Assembly: GCF_001949145.1 (NCBI RefSeq)
Contig: NW_019091358.1
Span: forward strand, 1 to 64,000
Origin: Acanthaster planci
Lineage: Eukaryota
Direction of reading: 5' to 3'
Length of the DNA stretch: 64,000 nucleotides
The notes under the pieces were generated by a model. It was not told the origin of the DNA. It made no database searches and worked only from the letters and a program-made list of their open reading frames with translations. The translations under genes were made by a program, and so were the position numbers. Below are positions 12,704-23,205 of this stretch, piece by piece (position 1 is the stretch's first letter; every line of letters begins with the position of its first letter).

Positions 12704-13922
12704 ATGGGAGCCAACTTTAGTCATTTATCGATCGTAGTCAACAAAGACAACTCGTTTACAGCCGAGTTTCCAAATTTAACGTACGTGTATAAATTACCGA
12801 AAGTAACGACGAACGAAGCGGTCAATCATTGGACAACCGATCCAATTTCGTATTATCAAAATCAATTTAATTTTGCGGTCTATTGCGCGACGACAGCCTG
12901 CGGCATGGGTTTCGATTTGCTGTCTGACCCTAATCCATACGTGTCTGCCTTATTCAATTTTCACGTATATTATACCGTACAAAAAATATTTTACGACTGC
13001 GTGATGCCCATTCCCAGCGACGACGTATATGACGTGTTCACAATAATTACGATCATCGGAAGTTTACAGACATGTGTCGTCTATTTAACGTCGATTCAAA
13101 CAAGTTGTTTAAACAAACTCACGATACATTGTCAAACGGATTAGGAACTGCTATTACGACAACGGTTACGTACCTGTCCCTAATAAAAATTATGATGCAC
13201 ACGACTTACACGTCACCAATTGCAAATAAGTGGGATCTACTTTTATGGGCTTTGGCTGGGCTAAACCGCCTAAAGGCTCGGGTCACGCGAGTACTTACAT
13301 GGTCACTTGGATTTCACAGTCGGACGCGGTCACTTTGGCCTGGTAGGATTTTATTCCTAAAAAGTCTAGGTTAGCGGACGTTGGAATTACAAAAGTGAAT
13401 GAATCTATCCGTGCTTACGTATACGCGTTACTCGGTGCACAAGCTCAGACCAAGACCAGCGTTTTGGCCCCCGACACTGGGTTAGACCCGCAACGGCAAT
13501 TTATTATGATCGTGGAATCTTTAAGTAATTCAGCCCCCGATCCCGAACAGTCGATTGACCAATTTCAAGATTCATTGCAATATGCAAGAATGCCTTTAAA
13601 CTTTGTTGTTGCCTTGGGGCTATATTTGGTGCCCTTGGACATGCACTTACGCATCAGCACTTTTGTCGGTTACAACAATAATTTACAAATCGCGACTGGG
13701 GATATGAGGACAGGTTACGTACTGAGTATAAATTTTGGACCAAAGGTTGAAGATGATTTTAATGATGAAGCAACCGAAGCAAATCCAAATTTAAAGCCAA
13801 TTTTAAGTCCCGTTTCAGAATGTAGGCCTTAAGATGTGCATAACGAAGAAAAAATGTCTTTAACCGTTGGAGCCATTGCCGTGGGTGTAATCGGTTTTAA
13901 GTTGTATAAAGTATTAACTTAG
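12704..13922 (+). pseudogene. Polinton-associated protein with N-myristoylation consensus and C-terminal transmembrane anchor, frameshifted
   Basis: Starts MGANFS (M-G-x-x-x-S). Contains YYQNQFNFAVYCATTACG, NESIRAYVYALLGAQAQT and GLYLVPLDMHLRISTFVGYNNNLQIAT. Ends HNEEKMSLTVGAIAVGVIGFKLYKVLT*. Confidence 0.6.
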
Positions 13923-14015
13923 AGTAGACGAAAAAGTAAAAGGCATTAAAAAAAACGCTTGTTCTCCACGTGGAAAACAAGTGTTTAAAATTTTTTTGCC
14001 CATTATAAAAGGGAT

Positions 14016-14170
14016 TTACGTTTTTTGTATAAAAGTCAAAACTACATAACTGACCTCTAAAAACAAAGTCCACACGTGATCCGCTGTCCATCCAACCGCT
14101 TTACTCACCACGTTGAACAGCCAGCTCAAAACGCTACCAATGATTCCCGGCAAAGTGCCTAAAGCTTTCA
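14016..14170 (-). pseudogene. 3' end of an amphipathic/transmembrane viral protein, truncated by the internal deletion
   Basis: KALGTLPGIIGSVLSWLFNVVSKAVGWTADHVWTLFLEVSYVVLTFIQKT*. The upstream sequence is abruptly replaced by the right TIR core at 14170. Confidence 0.55.
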
Positions 14171-14894
14171 AAGGGGAGGTGCTCCAGAACTGTCCTTTCC
14201 CTACTACTACAGTTTCCAACCGTGGTTAGCCAACCAAAAGCGGTCGTGTTTGGACCATGCTTGACTCGACACAACGATCGTAGGATATGTGAGAAAAAAA
14301 AGGGTGCTGAAAATGGGAGTTACCTCCATACAGGGTACAAGATCAAATTAGATTTCGAGCAAATTGTGTTTTGGTTATTTTTCCAGGAAACAGATTCAAC
14401 TACCAAATCATGGCTTTTAATGTATTCAAAGAGCCTTGGTATTTTCCAGGACAGCACCCACATGACCAAAGGGGTGATTTTCCATCAGTCATTTTGAACG
14501 GATTACAGCATTTTGTTTTTTAAGATTTGCGTACAACTGGCAAAATTCCATTACAACATATTCACATTACAACTCTGATCAAACATCATCAAATAACAGG
14601 CAAGTTAGGCCATGGAGGAAGGAACACTTCCTTCTTCCATGGTTAGGCCACCCTGCGAACCTAATCTCATCACAGGAGCGCTGCACTGGTGTGGCCCGCC
14701 TGGCAAAATCAGTATTCCTTCCGGAGTTGTCTTTGATTTAGCACGACTCTGACTGTGATCAGAGACCAATCAAAATTCATTTTGCATGGCCATTTATGAC
14801 AGCATTGGCCTAATTTGGAATGTAAGGGCATGGCTATCAGAGAATGGCAAATAGAATGCTAAATTTGGATATAGTACGTTGCATTTGAAAGTTA

Positions 14895-15200
14895 ACGCTG
14901 CGAAAAGGAATGGGAAAAAAAACAAAGGAATTCGCATTCGCATTTCGTATTTTGACCACAACTTTTCCCCCCTGCGAATTCGCAGCGAATCGAATGCGAA
15001 AGGGTTGAACAACGCACAAAAACCGCGCAAAAATGGTGCGAATCTTCTGTGAACACGGCGTGAAGCATTTGCGAAAACATTGAGAAAAACACAGTGTGCG
15101 AAAACAGTGTGAAAATTTTGCAAAAGCAGGGCAAAAGGTTCCGAAAATCATGCGAAAACTTGTGAAAACGAGAAACATTGTGCAGCGAAAATGCTCAACG
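14895..15200. repeat. cluster of short TGCGAA/TTCGCA motifs, probably the subterminal region of a non-autonomous DNA transposon
   Basis: Repeated TGCGAAAA, TGTGAAAA and GCGAAT motifs in both orientations. Confidence 0.4.
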
Positions 15201-16106
15201 TTTGCCACACGCGCACGACTATTATGCAGTGAAGAGTCCATTATGCAGGCTGCGCTGCACTTGGGGCCGGCCGGGGCCAACTCACCACGTGCACGTGGAG
15301 TGTGCTGTTGTAGTCTAGTAGCGATTTCCTAGGCTGAGCCGTCCGGTCCATGCAGTGCGATCGCGGGGATGTGCTCACTACGGCGACCCACGCTTGCGGG
15401 GCGCAGTTGTTTTCTTGGATTACCATAGATAAACACTCGACATTGTCGGAGAATAAATGTTTAAAAAGTTGTCTGGATGTCGAGTGATTAGTATAGACCA
15501 AGTTATGTCCCCAAGTTATGAAGTCATGAAGCACATAAAATGTGTGTCTTACAGTAAATTTACTTTGCTCTGCTGTGGCAACTTGGGTTATTTGCCCACT
15601 TTTTATTTATTTTCGTGGTGTAGTTTGGCACACAAAATATCAACAATGAAATACTACATGCAGTATTTTGTTACCGAAAGGTTTCTTACAATCGACGAAT
15701 AAAATAACTGCTTAAATTGTACGTGTATCTTCACGTAGCGAATCTCGTCTTTTCGCCGATTGTGTTCGGTGTTTCTGATGACATGTTACTCTCTGTGGTC
15801 ACATGGTTATTGGAAAAAGTTCGCTATGCGGTGCGGCATGCACGAGGTCCCGTGGCGGTTTTTGAAGAGGTTTGGAAATTTTTTTTGATCGGCATCACGA
15901 AAACGTCGAGATAACTGGACACAAGGCATTTATTCCAAAATCACGATACATACATTTGCCTATACATGTAAACGTAATTTACATACATGACAACATGTGG
16001 ATACATGTTCATGTACATGTGCACATGTGGTACGCATGTTGAGCATCCATCCAAGTGGGTTAATTTAATTTGTAAACACTTATAACTTATAATATAAGAC
16101 ATGTTA

Positions 16107-16870
16107 GAGAGCGCTATAACGGCAATTTACTGTACTTCAGCTGTTCGGTGTTCAATGCTTGTCTCCAACCTCCACCATAGCCAGCTTTGATTTCTCCTGT
16201 CACGTTGTATTTTGCTCAAAACCGAGAAACATACTGCGTTGAAATTTTAATGCTGTCTTCCTCAAGTAATCTGAATATTCCTGAGAATTGAAGAACTTTT
16301 CTCTCAGACTGATTTTCCTCCACTTTAAATATTCACAGATGTGCATTTTTGAAACCACAGAGAACAAAAACTTCTGATGTCTACGTGTACATGCACAAAT
16401 ACTACTAAATGAAAAAAGCTTGCAAAATTATTTCCCCACTACCAGAGAAAATCTGTGAAAATCTTTTCCCACTTGTGAGAAAAAGTGCGAAAATCTTTTC
16501 TCACTTGTGGGAAATTCTGTGAAAATCTTTTCCCACTTGTGGGAAAATCTGTGAAAATCATTTCTTACTTGTGGGAAAATCTGGGAACCTTTTTTCCCAT
16601 TTGTGGGAAAAAGCAGGAAAATTGTTTCCCATTTGTGGGAAAAAGCATGAAAATTGTTTCCCATTTGTGGGAAAAAGCGTGAAAATCTTTTCCCACTTGG
16701 GGGAAAATCTGTGAAAATATTTTCCTACTTGTGTGAAAAGGTGTGAAAATATTTTCCCACTTTTGGCACACTTTTTCACAATTTGTGAAATGAAAAGGAA
16801 TTCCCTGGGAAGAGAAAAAATGTGAAAAAATTTTCCCGTTTGGGTGTTAACTTTCAATCGCAATGTACTG
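16107..16870. repeat. dispersed repeat with an internal 29-30 bp minisatellite; inverted copy at 22566-23205
   Basis: Tandem units like GAAAATCTTTTCCCACTTGTGGGAAAATCTGT at about 16445-16765. The whole segment aligns by eye with the reverse complement of 22566-23205. Confidence 0.9.
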
Positions 16871-18019
16871 GCCTTCACACTGCAAATAACCAAACCAAAT
16901 ATATATGGGTGAAGATTACATGTGGGTTACCGATAGTTGAACTGTACATACATGTAAGCACAATTGGATGTAGTAAGAATTTAGAATTGTTGTGCAGCGG
17001 AAATGCCTTACGTTGCATGTTGCCGGTTCATTATTGGTAAATTCTCACCACGTGCTTTTTACAACCATCGTGTGATGCAGGGCCGTTGTAAGTTTACTCT
17101 ACATGTACATGTATGCACAGTATGTATGTACAGTACATGTATAGTACATGTACGTGTGTACACACACGTGCCAAGTGCCAGTGTAGCACAACTCGTTATC
17201 CTTTTTTTGTTGTGTTTGCTTTTTTATCATGTTTTCATTCTCAGTGCTATCAATGTCATGCCATATTAAAGCTGAACATCCAGTTTGGTAGTTCGGCTGC
17301 AGCACTAGTTGGGTGGCAATGTTAACAGCGCAGAGGCAGAATTTATCACAATGGCACAATATAAAGAAAATATGGTGTCTGTACATGTATATACACAAAG
17401 TGCTGCTGATCGCTGCCTCATTATACAGTACGTATTTCATGCAATTTACTATCTTGTTCCCAGACATGAAATCAGCATGCAGGTTTACATGTTAAGTATT
17501 GGCATGTTTGCAGGGACAGAAAAAAACAAGGTTGTATCATATACTGTATGTGTATAATGATAGCAATACTACTCTACAGTGTACACATGATCTTGAGTCG
17601 AGTGTAATCGATTCTGCACAGTGAGTGCAAGTTCATGTTTGCATACAATACTGGTGATCTGGATACCAAGACCAGCAAAATACCAAGACCACGGGGGAGG
17701 AGACCGAGATCGCAGGGTACCAAGACAGAGACCAGAAAAAAATGGTCTCAAGACCTACATGTACCACATATTTCCCCAGCCTGCTAGAGATACCCATCAA
17801 TATAGAGTGCAACAAAACCGTAATGCGTCAAATTTTTAAATACTCTGAGTATTGTCAGAGTAAAGTGATACCTGTGATCAACTCAACTCAAAATTGAACT
17901 GGGGATGTCTGAAGCAATGATTCAGTGAAATAATGATGACTCTGATACTCAACAGATTACAGTTAAAGTTGACATAGTGAACATGTCAGAGTAATTAAGT
18001 GATAATATAAATAGTAATT

Positions 18020-18337
18020 ACAACGTTTGTAATGCGCTTTCTACAACGTTTCAAAGCGCCATTATTATCCTTGCACATTGGGCTCACACATCATATGAAC
18101 GTTCCTGAAACCATCTCAGCTCCCTGGGAGGTGTACTAACCCAGTGTTGCCATTTTGGGGCAAATGGCTAAACATAACCGTGTCTGCCCTCACGTGTTAC
18201 CATTTACTCCTGGGTGGAGAGAGGCATATAGGAGTAAAGTGGCTTGCCCAGGATCACAACATGCTGCCACCAGCTGGATTTGAACCCCTGATACTATGAT
18301 CAGAAGCTGCAAACCCTAATTACTAGGCCACATGCCC
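18020..18337 (-). mobile_element. tRNA-derived SINE with a conserved core and LINE-derived tail
   Basis: Minus strand: A-box-like TGGCCTAGTAATTAGG, B box GGTTCAAATCC (18276-18286), CCTGGGCAAGCCACTT, core CTCTCCACCCAGGAGTAAATGG, and tail GCGCTTTGAAACG..GAAAGCGCATTACAAA. Confidence 0.75.
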
Positions 18338-21118
18338 AGTCAAAAAGAATTCAATGTCGGCAAAAAATAATGAAGCAACCGTGAAGAAAAAAGTAAATAT
18401 TTAAAAATTTCATAAACAACTCAAAACATTTCCATTTTCAAGTACAAGTTAATATTTTAAAATGAATGAATTAATGGATCAACACTACTGTCTGATTTCT
18501 TTCAGGGAAAGAGAGCATGGTTTGTAATCAGCAGAATCAGTTGTGGGTCATGACTTAGAACTTGAAGATGGTTGTGCACATGTATATGGTTATGATTTGC
18601 ATGTACTTTGAATAAGGAACTTCTCACTTTATTGTTAGCTGTTGGTAAACTACATGTACATGTATGTAAAAAGACAAACACCAAATAGGCAATACATGTA
18701 TCCAAACTTCTGAAACTAGTGAACATGGTGAAAGTCACATTCATGGATGCAGCTCAAATGCACTTAAAAGAAAAAAACAAGTTTGGGCAAGAGAATGAGA
18801 TGAGTGTGCATTTTATGATAAAGAAAAAACGATAAGGAAAAAAACCCAGTGTTTTGCTGACTGCGGAAAGCATACCAATCGCTACAGTGTTATGTGGGAA
18901 GGAATAGAATAAATACACTCATTAATCGAAAATATAGTTGCATTCGTTTTGATAATTTATTCAAGTCTTGTGTTTCCCTGCTGAAGTGTGAAATAACACT
19001 GATGTTTTCTTCGTGATATTCTGTTAAAATCCCTTTTATGTTTGTTTATCTGCAAAAGATAGACTGGCGTCTTGGTCGTTTTCGGTAGGTTTCATTATAA
19101 AAAGCAAACCGTGGTCTTTGGTAGAGAAAACATCCAATAAACTTAAACTTATTAAAATGTCCTGTCCAGTGTTTGACGGCTGTTTTTCTCCAGTTTGGGA
19201 AAGTATCTTCATGTTTAGGTCTCTTTACTGGTATAAGACCACAAGTCTTTGATGCTGCCGCAGGTTTGTGAAAAGTTGGCACAGGCAATGAACATGTAAT
19301 GGAGATCATGTTGAAAAACGTTAATATTGCTGCAGGCACAAGCTGCAGCCATAGTTTACTCAATCGATTGGCTTAACTTACGCCAATGCTGCATGAAGAC
19401 TGTCCCACACGTTACCGTGTAATCTCGCACCATAGAGGCTTATGCGTATTCTAGGAATTGTGTACGTGATTTGCACTAATAGCAGACTCCAAGGACTAGA
19501 AATAGTCTAGGTTTGCAAATATCCTATGTGTATTTCCTTACGCATAATGTAACCAGCTTTAGTGTATGATGAAATGAGGGATTCATGAATGTTACCGCTC
19601 CTGTGCCCATCCCTCATATTGATCAGAATTGAATAATTAAGTCTCAACTGTCAGCATTTTTGACAGACATGAACAACCTGTAATCTTTAGTACCTAAAAA
19701 ATAACGGGCAGTAATAATTGCCCCTGTAATTTTTGAACAGATTTTAAGTGTGACAGATGATAATATTTACTTACTTTAAAACCATAATCACAAAAACAAA
19801 ATATGTCTTATTAATGATCATGTCCCAAGTTGGCAGATGCAAACATCATTTGATTCCCTCAAAATGCCAAGAATTAAACACCAGCAAGGAAAATCAGAAG
19901 CAATCTACAGCACGAGCTTGAGAAAAATGTACAAAAGGCCCCCTCACCATCATCCTTGAAGAACTGCATTTTCATCAAGTACATTTCCATACACTGCAGT
20001 CCAGAATACCGATGATGAAGACATTCCAGAAACATTTTGTGCATTGTAGGCTGTTTCACCTTTAACCTCAGCTCAGAAGGTGCACCCTTTTCTTCATTCA
20101 ATACTCATGAGCTCCTTCACGAATTTTTTCTCTTTGTACCAAGATCTGTCAAAATAAAATCTTTCAAACTATTATGTATTCTGAAAAAAAAGACGTTCGA
20201 AACATAAAATATGTGGTGATGAAAATCAAATGCCCTGACTTTTAAATTTTTATGTAATTTTGAGTGGGGTTGTCTCCAAAACTGACAGCTAAATGAACAG
20301 CATGTGAATTTTTTGAGTGCAACATATGCGACAGCATTTTTGATGATGTGGAACATCATGTGTTTTCCGTCAAAATTCTTAAACATCAAAATTCTGCTAC
20401 CACAAAATGGGTGGAAAGTGGCCCGGTGTTGTTTCACTGTACGGTGGGAAAAAGTCAAAATTCAAAGGGGTGGTCGATTTTTTTCTTTTATGACTATTTG
20501 CATCTACACATTACTTTCTACCCATGCTGTAGTTTTGGGACAATTCTGCAATCAAAAAAGTATATTTTCAGCTCATTTTTATTGTGGTGACCGTTTTCAT
20601 AATCTTCAGAAATCTTGAAACAAAGACATTGACAATGACAAAACATGCAGTATTAGATTGGTGCTTTCACCCCATTCCACTACACCTACCAAAACAATTT
20701 GGTACTGCCTAGAAGCTTACAGTATGGCCTGCTTTATTTTTAGCACGTTTTTAGGAATCCTTACTCTGGGTGATTTCTTATTTAACATCTTTGAAGCCTC
20801 TTTTCTTGGAAACTATTCTGTAAAATGCAGACTCAACATTTCCAAGGTTCTAACAAGAGAAGATGGGGTCATACCCCAATAGATTATACATCATTAGAAA
20901 GCTCTTTTATTGCAGGTTTCAAAAATACCAAAAGCTTGAATTTGAAAAATCTGACTTTACATGTATGTTCATTTTGTGGTAGCAGGTCTTAAATTGTTTT
21001 CAGTGGCTGAAAGGTATGAAGTATGATATCTGGCAAATACATGTATGCTGTTATAATTGCAGTAATGTACATGTACTTGTACCTTTATTTCCTTCCTCGT
21101 CTCTGTTTTACTTCACAG

Positions 21119-21340
21119 TGTTATGCCAATGGAGTCAAACTAAGCAAGCTTTCCCAAGGAGGTGATGATACAGTAACATCATTGGAGATGTTTTTCTCTG
21201 GTTACCAAAGTATCACAGGAATGAAATTCTTCCCGAACTTGACTATGCTAATTCTAATGGGACAAGAAATTGCTAAGATTGAAGGACTTTCAACCTGCAA
21301 CCACTTGAAAGAGTTGTGGATTTGTGAATGTAAAGTCAAG
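21119..21340 (+). CDS. LRRC9: leucine-rich repeat-containing protein 9, coding exon (first seen in window, 222 nt, phase 0/0)
   Basis: AG|TGT...AAG|GT. CYANGVKLSKLSQGGDDTVTSLEMFFSGYQSITGMKFFPNLTMLILMGQEIAKIEGLSTCNHLKELWICECKVK matches the LRRC9 N-terminus (LEMFF.GY, FPNLT.L, LKELWI.EC). Confidence 0.92.
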
Positions 21341-21896
21341 GTAAAACTTGCATTTTAAAAGCTCTTCATTTTGGACCATTTGTCAGTGTTGAAAGATTAT
21401 GGGTAAACAACTGAAAATATTTTCCCATCATGACTTGAATGATGTCCAGACAAAAGTTTAGTTTCTTTTCCAGATCAATATTTTATGTAATATCTTTTAT
21501 TATTCTTTAATGATGTATCTCACTCTTTGCTCCTCTGTTTATATACATATGTACATCCAGTGGTCTTTTTTGTTTTTACTCATCATTTTTGTACATGTAC
21601 ATATACACTTTGTGTTGTATACGACTACTTTTGAATGGAAGAGCTGAATGCTTTTACCCCTAAGACCTGACTTTTCAAGTGATGATGTTATCATCTGAAT
21701 AAGTGTGGTAACATTAAATTTCTGCCCAAAAAACAAAGTCACTTGTTGCTTTGTCAATCACACATCGTTGTTACAGACTGAGATATGAAGTCAGTGACAG
21801 CGGATGGAGATAAGTTCTTTAACTGCGAGGATATGCTAGTGTTGTCTCTTCTGGATTGCTTTGTTCAAAGTGTAACATTCTTCCTCGTAACTTTAG

Positions 21897-22037
21897 GTGA
21901 TTGAAGGATTGACTGCATGCAGGAAGCTGGTTATCCTACACCTGTATAGTAATTGTATCAGCCGAATCACCAACATCGGTCATCTCAAAGATCTTGAAGT
22001 CCTTGATTTGGCTGAAAACATTATTGCTAATATCGAG
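21897..22037 (+). CDS. LRRC9: LRRC9 coding exon (141 nt, phase 0/0)
   Basis: TTTAG|GTG...GAG|GTATGT. VIEGLTACRKLVILHLYSNCISRITNIGHLKDLEVLDLAENIIANIE, SDS22-like LRRs in frame with the previous exon. Confidence 0.92.
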
Positions 22038-22565
22038 GTATGTATTATTAAGTTATTTATTATAAGAGGAATACCTCATCACTTGCAGTTAGGTCAAAGT
22101 TGTTTTTGGAAGTTTCACAAAATAAATTGTAGACAAGTTTGTCTCCCCATACACACGAAGAACCAAAAGGAAATTAAGAAACCCCCATAACATGCACCAA
22201 CGTTCGTTCAAAACAACCAGGAAAGGTATCCCAAGGACTATGCAGGAAATTACTAGATAAACTTTTTTTTTTCTTTGGTCTTTTATCTAAAAGAAATGTT
22301 GCAACTGTTGAACATTTTAAAAAGCTGAGAAATTCCAATATTCTATTTTTTTAGTTGAGCACATTGTACATGTATAAGGCTGTTGCTTTAGTGGGGGGGG
22401 GGCGAGGGGCTGGCCTCTGGGCAAACAGTTGCCTTCCCCCCCACTGGCAAAAACCATAAGCATCAAAATTATCTATTGTTCTTGTTATGTGCCAAGCTAC
22501 ATGTAGTTGATATTGTGGGTTCCTCTAATGCCCAAAGATGGCAACTGGGACTGACATGGTACATA

Positions 22566-23205
22566 CAGTACATTGCGATTGAAAGTAAGCACCAAAATGG
22601 GAAAATCTTTTCACATTCTTCTCTTCCCAGGGAATTCCTTTTCATTTCACAAATTGTGAAAAAGTGTGCCAAAACTGGGAAAATATTTTTACACCTTTTC
22701 ACACAAGTGGGAAAATACTTTCACAGACTTTCCCCCAAGTGGGAAAGATTTTCATGCTTTTTCCCACAAGTGGGAAAAGATTTTTCACAGATTTTCCCTC
22801 AAGTGAGAAAAGATTTTCACACTTTTTCTCACAAGTGGGAAAAGATTTTCACAGTTTTTGTCTGGTAGTGGGGAAATAATTTTGCAAGCGTTCTTCATTA
22901 AATAGTATTTGTGCATGTACATATAGACATCAGGAAGTTTTTGTTCTCCATGGTTTCAAACAATGCGCATCTCTGAATATGGAGAGTGGAGGAAAATCAG
23001 TCTGAGACAAAAGTACTTTAAATCTCTGGAATATCCAGAAGATTTCTTGAGGAAGATAGCATTAAAATTTCAAGGCACTATGTTTCTTGGTTTTGAGCAA
23101 AATACAATGCGACAGCCGAAATCAAAGCTGGCTATGGTGGAGGTTGGAGACCAACACTGAATACAGAACTGCTGAATTACAGTAAATTCCCGTTATAGCC
23201 TTCTC
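22566..23205. repeat. inverted copy of the 16107-16870 repeat
   Basis: Reverse-complement alignment, with fewer minisatellite units than the left copy. Confidence 0.9.

Larger units (their letters stand above)
8450..14208 (+). mobile_element. internally deleted Polinton/Maverick (adintovirus-like) endogenous viral element
   Basis: 8481-8505 GACAGTAATGGAGCACCTCCCCTTT is a 23/25 inverted match to 14170-14194. The right terminus is CTACTACT (5'-AGTAGTAG on the minus strand, a typical Polinton end). The interior is compact, intronless and AT-rich with closely packed virus-like ORFs. No pPolB, integrase, ATPase or major capsid gene remains. Confidence 0.75.

Noticed and set aside
15200..15930. 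CpG-richer segment as candidate LRRC9 promoter or first exon
   Set aside because: No convincing first coding exon or RFX X-box found; it may be transposon interior.
16428..16893. Overlapping ORFs with repeated FSHKWEK/FPQVGK peptides (also 22469-22879), and a superficial CRISPR-like look
   Set aside because: They are translations of a 29-30 bp minisatellite. There are no unique spacers or cas genes, and the context is eukaryotic.
19046..19363. ORF with FPNWRK reminiscent of hAT-associated zinc-finger regions
   Set aside because: A single short motif, with no supporting transposase sequence or termini.
21023..21118. ORF-track N-terminal extension MISGKYMYAVII... of the first LRRC9 exon (and read-through tails of other exons)
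   Set aside because: Intronic: a polypyrimidine tract and AG acceptor precede 21119, and similarity to LRRC9 starts there.
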